A DNA stretch of 63,992 nucleotides, filler included. It is 4 parts of 4 records of this genome, joined end to end, with 100 filler letters (N's around TTAATTAATTAA, not from the genome) between each part and the next. Parts side by side here need not be neighbours in the genome. Positions count along the whole stretch, not along the records: positions 37,285 to 58,795 come from SRR31147125_2084; positions 58,896 to 63,992 come from SRR31147125_2669; 2 more parts are not named here. One strand, 5' to 3'. Shown in pieces: positions 55,876-63,992 of the stretch. Each line of letters opens with the position of its first letter. Position 1 is the stretch's first letter. Below the pieces are notes generated by a model, which was given only the letters and a program-made list of their open reading frames with translations, had not been told where the DNA came from and ran no database searches. The position numbers and the translations under genes were made by a program.

Positions 55876-57975
55876 CTATCGAATAATAACAAATTTACCT
55901 TTTCCAACAGCACCTGCCACCGAAGCCGGTGCTTTTGCCTCAACAGTGAAAAAATAAATGCCCGAAGCCGGATATTGATGATAATCTGTAATAGATGGAT
56001 TCCACATCTCATCAGCACTTCCACTGGTATGCTCAATCGTTTTAATCAAATCTCCAGTGGAACTAAATACTCGAATTGTACAAACTTCAGGTAAATTTAC
56101 AAATAGGATTTGATTTTGCTCCCGATATCCTCCGGAATAGTTATATCCTGCTGCCTGACCTGCTTTATATTGACCACCGTTTACATTAAATGGATTTGGG
56201 ACAACCAGTATACTATCCAATGTGGCAATACCTTTTCGGAAAGGCAGTACCGGATTTCCGGCTCTGTTATGAGCTTGTGAACTCTCCAGGCCATTTTCGT
56301 CAATGGCCGTAACATAGTAATAGTAGCTAACACCACGGCCTAAATCTTCATGTACAAATTCAAGATCCGTTCCTTCGTATAGCTGTTGATAAACCTGATG
56401 ATGATAGATGCCACCTTCTACACCATAAACACGATATTTTTCCGCGTTTTCAACGGCATCCCAGCGAATGTAATTGTTCTGCGGGCCTGGCTCCACATAA
56501 ATATTTGGAGATTGTGGTGGGTTTGGTACCTGAAAATTATTTTCATAAGCCTTTTTGGCATAACTCATGGAATTAAACAAATTGGCTTTACCCTTTTCAT
56601 AGACTTCCTGACGCGCGGCATCCGCATCATATCCTTCATTACGAACCCGCCAACCTAATTCAATAGCACGAGCTTCATTGATAGATCCGGCACCAAGTGC
56701 AAATACCAGGTGTAATGTATCTTCCCATCCTATTGTAAAAGGGCCAAATCCTAACATACCAGCCTGGCGTGCATTCGCGGCGACATCCATACTGGTTGCA
56801 TCAGGTTGATGATAACCACCAGTTGGATTCTGATCCATTCCTGTCATAAAATCAAAGGCGCCATTAATGGCATCCTGACCAGACTGAATCGGATCGAGCC
56901 ATTCTTCAAATTTTTTCCATCTTGTCGTAACAGGTTGATTTGGATTATCAGAAGTATCCTGGGTGCTGTTGTCTACATGTAAAATGCTAACACCACAGAA
57001 AAAAGGACTGCAGAATTCTCCGGTAGGAAGATCATTTACAGCGTCAGGGCCTCCACGCGGATCGAACTGATCATTACCAGAAATCTCATCAGAATCACCA
57101 TCATAAAAATACATAACTCGCAGGGAATCACCTGGAGAATCACCATAATATTCAACGATTTGATCATCTCGACCATTACCTTCCGCGTAATCATCAAGAG
57201 ACGGATCAAATTCAAGTCCCAATCCAAACCAAAAATCATTCAGGATCTGATTTCTTTTCCAATATTTCGATTTTTTACTGCCGTTTGTTAATCCGTTATT
57301 TATAATTTTCATATCGCAGATAACAAAATCATCATACTCCTGATTGACATATTGATACCACTTTTGATGAACTGTGATGCCAATCGATTCCGTCCACATT
57401 AACTCAAGGCATTCTGCCTGAGTTTGATCTGGATTAACTTCATCCACTTTATCTGTCGTTTTCCAACTACCATCGCTTATTTCAACACCATCTATGGAGA
57501 TTATCGGGGGATTAAAATTGAGAGTTCTAAGAGGGCTCATCAATGGAACATTATATTTACCCATTGGCGGGTATTTACAGCCATTCGCAACGACAAACGT
57601 ATCAAAAGTTTTATTGCTGCGATAAAGGCTACTGGAATAAACCCACTGACTCGGGGATTTCCAGTTCTTTACGCCATACCAGTAAGAGATCATACTTCCG
57701 TGAGAAGGATGTCGCGTTGTACCCAATTTGGATACACCATGATAACCAATATCCTGAGTGCCGCCTGGTGGAATCCAGGCTTCCCACGATGACTGTTCAT
57801 CAACATTCCAGGTTAAATGCCAACCACGAGCGTTGCCATCAAAAGTGCCCCATGGACTAAAAGATGTTACTATTTCTCCAGCAGTCATTGGCCGTGCATC
57901 TTGTAATGACTGAGAAAAAACATTTGCAGCAAGCATTATAAAAATTAATAACAAGCAAAAACCAATTTTCCTCAT
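55876..57975 (-). CDS. Secreted protein with FN3-like domain and variant VVPNPF...IRVFS..GDLIKT C-terminal domain
   Basis: Signal peptide, P.PP...V..W, YYYYVTA.D..GLES, SGIYFF.V...GKFVIIR. Confidence 0.75.
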   Translation of the reverse strand: MRKIGFCLLLIFIMLAANVFSQSLQDARPMTAGEIVTSFSPWGTFDGNARGWHLTWNVDEQSSWEAWIPPGGTQDIGYHGVSKLGTTRHPSHGSMISYWYGVKNWKSPSQWVYSSSLYRSNKTFDTFVVANGCKYPPMGKYNVPLMSPLRTLNFNPPIISIDGVEISDGSWKTTDKVDEVNPDQTQAECLELMWTESIGITVHQKWYQYVNQEYDDFVICDMKIINNGLTNGSKKSKYWKRNQILNDFWFGLGLEFDPSLDDYAEGNGRDDQIVEYYGDSPGDSLRVMYFYDGDSDEISGNDQFDPRGGPDAVNDLPTGEFCSPFFCGVSILHVDNSTQDTSDNPNQPVTTRWKKFEEWLDPIQSGQDAINGAFDFMTGMDQNPTGGYHQPDATSMDVAANARQAGMLGFGPFTIGWEDTLHLVFALGAGSINEARAIELGWRVRNEGYDADAARQEVYEKGKANLFNSMSYAKKAYENNFQVPNPPQSPNIYVEPGPQNNYIRWDAVENAEKYRVYGVEGGIYHHQVYQQLYEGTDLEFVHEDLGRGVSYYYYVTAIDENGLESSQAHNRAGNPVLPFRKGIATLDSILVVPNPFNVNGGQYKAGQAAGYNYSGGYREQNQILFVNLPEVCTIRVFSSTGDLIKTIEHTSGSADEMWNPSITDYHQYPASGIYFFTVEAKAPASVAGAVGKGKFVIIR

Positions 57976-58375
57976 GCTAACCTCCGTATGAGATTTCCAG
58001 CTATTGATATAAAAAATTATTGTGACGATTATTTTAAAAACTTTTGAGATGAATAATTAAATAAAGAAGAAAAATAAAATGACATATCTTTAGGTATGTT
58101 TGTCTGACCTCTCCTCGAGTATACATCTAAAAAGAAGAAACCCTGGACGATCGGAATAGTAGAAAAACAGAAACAATAAAATCGTTTAATTATTATTCCA
58201 CTATTCTAACCTTCCTGATAATAAAACATTAGGCTGAGGAAATCGAGAGATACCATAGAACGTATTCATTAAATTCTGGTCACTTTATTCATTTATTGAG
58301 AAATCGTCACACTAAATCTATACACCGCAGTTCCTATATAGTATAGCACACTCGAAAACAAGCCCACCATGTGAA

Positions 58376-58404
58376 GATAAAGTAGGGACTAGCCCTACTT
58401 TATC
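58376..58404 (-). terminator. Hairpin after the upstream sorting-domain gene
   Basis: GATAAAGTAGGG-actag-CCCTACTTTATC perfect 12-bp stem. Confidence 0.55.
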
Positions 58405-58422
58405 TCCAATGGGCACATGATA

Positions 58423-58795
58423 TTATTTCGAAAGCATCATCTTATTATACAAGCGTACATCTGCTGCCCGGAGTTCGTAGAAATAAATACCGGTACTTAC
58501 AGAATGTCCGGCATTGTTTGTTGCGTCCCAGGTAACATTATAGGTTCCTTGAGCATAGGCCTGATTGTTTATCAGGGTCTTGATCAATTGACCTTGAACA
58601 TTAAAAATCCGAATTGTTACATCTGCATGAGATGCAAGTTGAAATTGAATGTTCGTTGTAGGATTAAAAGGATTGGGGTAATTTTGCATTAATACAAAAC
58701 TTTCAGGTACGACACCCGCAATGCGTTGATCTTCCACATCCGTTCCAATATCAAAATTAGGAACAGTTGGTGCTAAAATGAAATTGTCTGTATTC
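58423..58795 (-). CDS. C-terminal fragment of a secreted NYPNPFN-tail protein
   Basis: LMQNYPNPFNPTT...GIYFY...KMMLSK; frame open to the contig edge. Confidence 0.8.
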
Positions 58796-58895
58796 NNNNN
58801 NNNNNNNNNNNNNNNNNNNNNNNNNNNNNNNNNNNNNNNTTAATTAATTAANNNNNNNNNNNNNNNNNNNNNNNNNNNNNNNNNNNNNNNNNNNN
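58796..58895. other. Artificial contig spacer
   Basis: N-run with TTAATTAATTAA. Confidence 0.98.
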
Positions 58896-59235
58896 AAAAA
58901 TCATATGAATGTTTGGTAATATGATTATATAAGGTTAATAATGAATTTTTATGAAGAATCAAGTGAAATCAAAAGTCAAGTTTACACTTGGTCTGATCGA
59001 TTTATTAGTTTCCTATAATTTCAAAAGAATAAAAAATGCAGTATTCCCAGCCATATAAATAGAATTTTAAAATGGCGGGAAATACTGCATCTGAGATTAA
59101 GTAACTATGTTAAAACATGGGTTTAATCCTACCTAAGATGAAAGAAGGATTATTCTTCCCACATGCAACAATTAACTTCGCTTAATTTAAGGAAAAACAA
59201 TACAAATTTCTAAAAAAATACAGATAGAAATATAG

Positions 59236-60879
59236 TTATTCATTAATTTGAGAAAGTTGTTTACTATATTTTTTATCTTCAACATCAATATGATTAATTA
59301 ACCAGTCTCTTAAAAATTCAATTATTTCAATTGACGGTTTTTCATCATTTTCAACTAAATTTCTTTCAAATTCCTTTATTTTATTTAGGAAAATTTCATG
59401 TTGTTCTTTTTGACGTTTAAGGTTTTCTTTATTATAAGAGTGTTTTTCTAGTAATTGTACCTCTTCAGTAAAATGCTTTTGCGTATAGTCAAACAATTCA
59501 GTCACTACAGCAATTACAGCTTGCTTGTTGTCTTCTGCGTTTAGAACCATATTTCCAATTTTATTTGTTATATTAAATAAAACTTTATGCTGATCATCCA
59601 TTTTATTAATTAAAACACTGTTATCAATAGTCCATTTAACAAACTTTAGTTCTCTGTCAAGAGCCTCAGGAGAATAATTATATTTTTTTGTCAAAAATTT
59701 TAATGCACTTGAGATATTACTTAATTCATTAGCGAAATTAAAACTTTTTAACATTTGATGATGTAAAAAATCTGTAGCTTCCATTTGTTCTTCAACTTTT
59801 GTGAAAATATTGGAACTTCGAGAAGTCAAATCCTCAATCGCCTGTTTAATTTCTTCTAGGGAACCAGTTTGTTCATTTAATTCTAATGAAGTTGTATCAC
59901 TATCAGTATTAACTACCTTAGCACTTTTCATTATTTCATTAATCAATTTCTGAGATTCAGAAATTGATTCCTGTTCTCCTACAATCATTTTTTTAGTCTT
60001 ATCCACATTAAAATTAACTAGTTCTACCTTGTTTATTATATTGTTTAAAATTTCGGCAATCTCATTTGTAGATTCTTGTGAAGTTGCCGCAAGTTTTCTG
60101 ATTTCACTTGCAACAACCGCGAATCCTTTTCCAAATTGTCCGGCTCTGGCGGCCTCAACAGCTGCATTGAATGCTAATAGATTTGTTTGCTCTGAGATAT
60201 TATTTATAAGAGAAAGAATATCATTTATATTTTTAGTGTAATTTTTTAGTTCTCCCGTTTCTTTATTAATAATATTCATATGATCATTAATTTGATTTAT
60301 TTTTTCAATATCTTCAGTAAGGTTATTATAACCCTGTTCAGAATTTTTTAGCGTTTCCTCTGCAGTAAGTTTAGTCGACATCGCTTTTTCATTTACATTT
60401 TGAACAGCCACTACAAGGCTATTTACTGACGCAGAAATTTGCTCAGATGAAGCAACCTGTCCATTGATATCATTTATTATCTCTTTCATTGTGTCCGAAG
60501 CATTCATAATAGTATCGTTTTTTCGAACCTGATCAAGGTCATTTTGTAGTTTAATGCTCATTTCAGCTAAGTTATTAGAAGTAAATGAAATCCTTGAAAT
60601 AGTAGTTTCATTGGAGTAAAGAAGTTTATTTATATTTTCAACAAGTGAATGAAAAAAACCTCCTTTAATAGCAATCCTTTTGTTAAGTGTTTCTTCGTTA
60701 AATTCAATGCTTTCGCACTCTTTGATATTTTTGTATAGAATGAAGACGACTAAATAAAACATCATTAAAATTAAAAGTGAAAATGGTAGTAAAACTAAAT
60801 GCATCTTAAAATAAAACTCTAGCACTAACATAATCACAAATAAAATCCCCGGACATAAAATAAATAAACCTCTTTTCAT
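59236..60879 (-). CDS. Methyl-accepting chemotaxis protein with C-terminal hemerythrin domain
   Basis: [31 protein letters not shown]; hemerythrin DDQH, HFTEE, HI...D. Confidence 0.92.
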   Translation of the reverse strand: MKRGLFILCPGILFVIMLVLEFYFKMHLVLLPFSLLILMMFYLVVFILYKNIKECESIEFNEETLNKRIAIKGGFFHSLVENINKLLYSNETTISRISFTSNNLAEMSIKLQNDLDQVRKNDTIMNASDTMKEIINDINGQVASSEQISASVNSLVVAVQNVNEKAMSTKLTAEETLKNSEQGYNNLTEDIEKINQINDHMNIINKETGELKNYTKNINDILSLINNISEQTNLLAFNAAVEAARAGQFGKGFAVVASEIRKLAATSQESTNEIAEILNNIINKVELVNFNVDKTKKMIVGEQESISESQKLINEIMKSAKVVNTDSDTTSLELNEQTGSLEEIKQAIEDLTSRSSNIFTKVEEQMEATDFLHHQMLKSFNFANELSNISSALKFLTKKYNYSPEALDRELKFVKWTIDNSVLINKMDDQHKVLFNITNKIGNMVLNAEDNKQAVIAVVTELFDYTQKHFTEEVQLLEKHSYNKENLKRQKEQHEIFLNKIKEFERNLVENDEKPSIEIIEFLRDWLINHIDVEDKKYSKQLSQINE

Positions 60880-61106
60880 AGCAACCCCTTCCTTTTTGAA
60901 ACAATAAATTAATTTACATTTCAATTAAAATATACTTCAAAATTTTCTTTTTCCTTTTTTTATAACAAAACACTTATAGACTGTTCTACTACCAACTCCT
61001 TTCTTTAGTAATTTTGTCAATAAATTGTATCATAAAAGTATCAAGTTTCCAAATTTAGCCAAAGGATTTTTTTAGTTTCAAAAAAGAGTTGATTTTTGCA
61101 AAAATA

Positions 61107-61132
61107 TAGTGTATTATTATACTAGAACACTA
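61107..61132. promoter_or_regulatory. YtrA-type operator palindrome
   Basis: TAGTGTATTA-N6-TAGAACACTA just upstream of the GntR gene. Confidence 0.6.
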
Positions 61133-61148
61133 GTTAAGGGGGTTAGTC

Positions 61149-61526
61149 ATGGAATATAATAGTAGTCTCCCAATATATTTTCAGATAATTAATCTGATAA
61201 AGAGACAGTTGGTAAAAGGTGAATTGGGGCTTGGAGATAAGTTGCCATCAACTAGAGATATGGCAAAGAACTTGAAAGTTAATCCAAATACAATAGCAAG
61301 AGTATATAAGGAGTTGGAGATGATGGATATTACATTTACGAAACGTGGAATGGGTACATACATCACAGAGGATACTACTGTAATAGAAGAGATAAAAAGA
61401 GATATGGCAAACGAAATATTAAGTAGCTTCATAGGAGGTATGAAAGATATCGGCTATGACAAAGAGGAAATTTTGAAAATGGTTGTGAACTATAAGGAGG
61501 TAAACGATGCTGTTAAAGACAACTAA
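61149..61526 (+). CDS. GntR-family regulator (YtrA subfamily)
   Basis: PIYFQI, LPSTR.MA..LKVNPNT..R.Y..LE, RGMGT. Confidence 0.92.
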   Translation: MEYNSSLPIYFQIINLIKRQLVKGELGLGDKLPSTRDMAKNLKVNPNTIARVYKELEMMDITFTKRGMGTYITEDTTVIEEIKRDMANEILSSFIGGMKDIGYDKEEILKMVVNYKEVNDAVKDN

Positions 61527-62196
61527 TCTACAAAAAGGTTTTTTCAAAAAGAGAGTTCTGCAAGGTTTTGATATAGAGTTAGAGAAAGGTTATATCTATG
61601 GACTTGCCGGACCTAATGGAAGTGGTAAAACTACATTTATGAAGGTAGTTTGTGGTTTGATGCAGAAAAATGGTGGCGAGATAAGATTCAATGATATATT
61701 ATACAACGCTACCAGTAGATATGATATGGCCTATCAACCTACTGATAGTTACTTTTACAAATGGATGAGGGTAAAAGATACAGTAAAATTTTATGAGGAC
61801 TTCTACCTTGATTTTAATAAAGAGAAAGCATATGGACTTGTTAAGGAGATGAATCTAGATTTAGAACAAAAGGTAAGCTCACTAAGTACTGGACAAGAGG
61901 GGAGATTGAAGGTTCTGCTCGCTCTATCTAGGAACGTTAGTCTCTATATGCTTGACGAGCCTCTGAACGGGATTGATCCAGTTAGTAGAGATAAGATTTT
62001 GGAACTAATATCAGAAGAAATAGATGGTGAAAAGACGATTATTATCTCAAGTCACTTAATCAAAGAGTTTGAAACTATTTTAGATAGAATTATATTTCTG
62101 AAAGATGGAAGAGCACTATTAAACAGAGAGTGTGATGAGCTTCGAATGAAGGAAAATATGTCGATTCACGATTATTACAAAGAGATATATAGTTAA
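61507..62196 (+). CDS. ABC transporter ATP-binding protein
   Basis: GPNGSGKT, LSTGQ, LDEPLNGID, SSH. Confidence 0.93.
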   Translation: MLLKTTNLQKGFFKKRVLQGFDIELEKGYIYGLAGPNGSGKTTFMKVVCGLMQKNGGEIRFNDILYNATSRYDMAYQPTDSYFYKWMRVKDTVKFYEDFYLDFNKEKAYGLVKEMNLDLEQKVSSLSTGQEGRLKVLLALSRNVSLYMLDEPLNGIDPVSRDKILELISEEIDGEKTIIISSHLIKEFETILDRIIFLKDGRALLNRECDELRMKENMSIHDYYKEIYS

Positions 62197-62213
62197 GGAT
62201 TTAGGTGGATATA

Positions 62214-62354
62214 ATGGATAAAATAGAAGGAGAAAACTTATTATCTTTGATGATGCTTACGGAGTTTCTTGTACCGCAATCATTAACATATGAATGCATT
62301 GGTAAGGAAGAAGAAAAAGAAAATGATAAATTGAGGGAGGAAGAAAATGATTAA
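62214..62354 (+). CDS. Putative 46-aa small protein
   Basis: AGGTGG RBS, ORF MDKIEGENLL...EEND whose stop overlaps the next start. Confidence 0.35.
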   Translation: MDKIEGENLLSLMMLTEFLVPQSLTYECIGKEEEKENDKLREEEND

Positions 62355-63120
62355 TTTGATAAAACATGAGTTAAAGTTGAAAAGTAAATTTTCGATAGTA
62401 GCTCTTAGTATATATTTGATAGAACATATGTATGTTGCACTGAAGTTTGCTGATAATCCAAAAGAGGAAATAGTTGGAGCGATAGCTGTAAATACAATGT
62501 TCTCAACACTTATATTGATTGGGGTAACATTTATGCATAGTCTCAGAGATTACAATAATCATTTGAGAGCAAATCCAGGATATATGATGTTTATGGCAAA
62601 TATAAGTAGACGAAGTTTTATTGGCGTAAAGCTCGGAACAATATTTACCGAAACATTTCTAATTGGTTTGCTGGCATTAACATCATTTTTGATACAATTC
62701 TTTGGATTTGGAATACATGAATTGATTAATTCGGCAAGTATTAATATAGAATTATCTCATTTTGATGGGAATTTAGTTGACGGCTTGATTCGTGCGATAC
62801 GTGTTATATTTTTCTTTTCAACAAGTTATCTAAGTATTATATCAATATTCCTATTTGCTATAACTCTAAAAACACTTATATTAAAAGGAAGAAAGTTTGG
62901 GGGAATGTTTGCATTCGTTATTGTTATGTTCATATTTTTTATCAGAGATCTGTTAATTAAAATATTTGGTATAGAATTAATGGGAACTATGGGAAAGGCT
63001 GGAAGACATTTTGGAGAAATATCAAGAATTGGAACTTCAAGGGTAATTTTTCAGATAATATTTACTTTAGTTATCATTACAGGAATTATTTATATAATAG
63101 AGAAAAAGTTAGACATTTAG
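62347..63120 (+). CDS. ABC-2-type permease
   Basis: MINLIKHELK, six TMs, GYMMF...SR..FI..KL. Confidence 0.8.
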   Translation: MINLIKHELKLKSKFSIVALSIYLIEHMYVALKFADNPKEEIVGAIAVNTMFSTLILIGVTFMHSLRDYNNHLRANPGYMMFMANISRRSFIGVKLGTIFTETFLIGLLALTSFLIQFFGFGIHELINSASINIELSHFDGNLVDGLIRAIRVIFFFSTSYLSIISIFLFAITLKTLILKGRKFGGMFAFVIVMFIFFIRDLLIKIFGIELMGTMGKAGRHFGEISRIGTSRVIFQIIFTLVIITGIIYIIEKKLDI

Positions 63121-63153
63121 AGTTAATAACAAAAAATAAGGGAGGGGTTTAAT

Positions 63154-63992
63154 TTGAAAAAGATAATTCTAATTTTAATGATTCTGGTATCAATAGTGAG
63201 TTTTTCGAAAGTGATAAAAGAAAAAGTCTTGATCGATACGCTTGGGCATAAATCGTTAGAGGTTAAAAATAGGAATGGTGAAGTTGAGCTAGAAACATGG
63301 AACGGTGATGATATTGAGCTTGAATATATTATAAGAATCGAAAGAAATTTTGGATTATTTCAAATATATCCAAAGATGAAACCCAGATTAAAAAAATCCG
63401 ATTATGATAAGGTGAGGGTAAATATTTTATCTAATAGCAAAGGTATTATAATAGAGCCTTCAATTCCTGATACTAGAGATGATGTAGAAATAGATTATTT
63501 CATAAAAATACCAAAAGAGTTCACCAATGCGAAGATTACTTTATCAAGCGGAGATGTTACAGTAAAAAATATTTCTGCTGATTTAAATATAAAAAGTAGT
63601 AGTGGTGATATTTTTATAGAGAGTGCAAATAATGTCTTAATTAAAACGTCAAGTGGAGATGTTTCTTACAATGAAATAAAAGGAAATGTAAATATTACAA
63701 CGAGCAGTGGAGATATCGAAGGTAATTTAATCGAGGGAAACTCTAGTATGAAGGTTTCAAGTGGTGATATAGATATTATTACAGTGAAAGGAAATGCTAC
63801 TTTTAGTACATCAAGCGGAAAAGTAGATGTAAAGGAAGTTGGACGAAACCTTAAATCAAGCTCATCAAGTGGAAAACTAGAAGTTGGTGCTGTAATGGGA
63901 AATGCAACAGTAAGTAGTAACAGTGGAAAGATACTAATTAGGTCAATAGAGAAAAAAGGGCAGTTTTCATCAACTAGCGGTGATATTTTAGT
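63154..63992 (+). CDS. DUF4097 beta-strand repeat (adhesin-like) protein, 3' partial
   Basis: Not in the ORF track; GGAGGGG RBS, TTG start, signal peptide MKKIILILMILVSIVSFS, repeated T/SSSGDI motifs. Confidence 0.8.
   Translation, partial: MKKIILILMILVSIVSFSKVIKEKVLIDTLGHKSLEVKNRNGEVELETWNGDDIELEYIIRIERNFGLFQIYPKMKPRLKKSDYDKVRVNILSNSKGIIIEPSIPDTRDDVEIDYFIKIPKEFTNAKITLSSGDVTVKNISADLNIKSSSGDIFIESANNVLIKTSSGDVSYNEIKGNVNITTSSGDIEGNLIEGNSSMKVSSGDIDIITVKGNATFSTSSGKVDVKEVGRNLKSSSSSGKLEVGAVMGNATVSSNSGKILIRSIEKKGQFSSTSGDIL

Overview
The window is four unrelated contigs joined by 100-nt N spacers that contain a TTAATTAATTAA linker, so it looks like a metagenomic concatenate. Contig 1 (1-21045) is probably from a KSB1/Calditrichota-like FCB bacterium. 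It carries a REC-PAS-PAS histidine kinase, an acetate-type uptake locus (DcaP porin, ActP-like symporter, DUF4212, Cache-PAS-CBS-DUF294 sensor) and secreted NYPNPFN-tail proteins. It also has three genes broken by in-frame UGA codons that read as selenocysteine: a TlpA-like UxxC protein, an ArsM-like methyltransferase, and a secreted BNR beta-propeller protein. Contig 2 (21146-37184) is low-GC and Acholeplasmataceae/Izemoplasmatales-like. It has CIRCE-groES-groEL, gmk, gnd-zwf-cyclase, a Cys-depleted FrhB-family protein, a fluoride riboswitch ahead of a cation:proton antiporter, and trkA genes. Contig 3 (37285-58795) is a KSB1-like, SusD-less polysaccharide utilization locus: TonB receptor, PorV-like barrel, heparinase II/III-like lyase, esterase, AGE epimerase and an Nramp-like transporter. 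Contig 4 (58896-63992) is low-GC, with an MCP-hemerythrin fusion and a YtrA/GntR-ABC-DUF4097 operon. Several single-base frameshifts, mostly at homopolymers, are most likely sequencing errors. Taxonomic and family calls come from motif recognition only; no searches were run.
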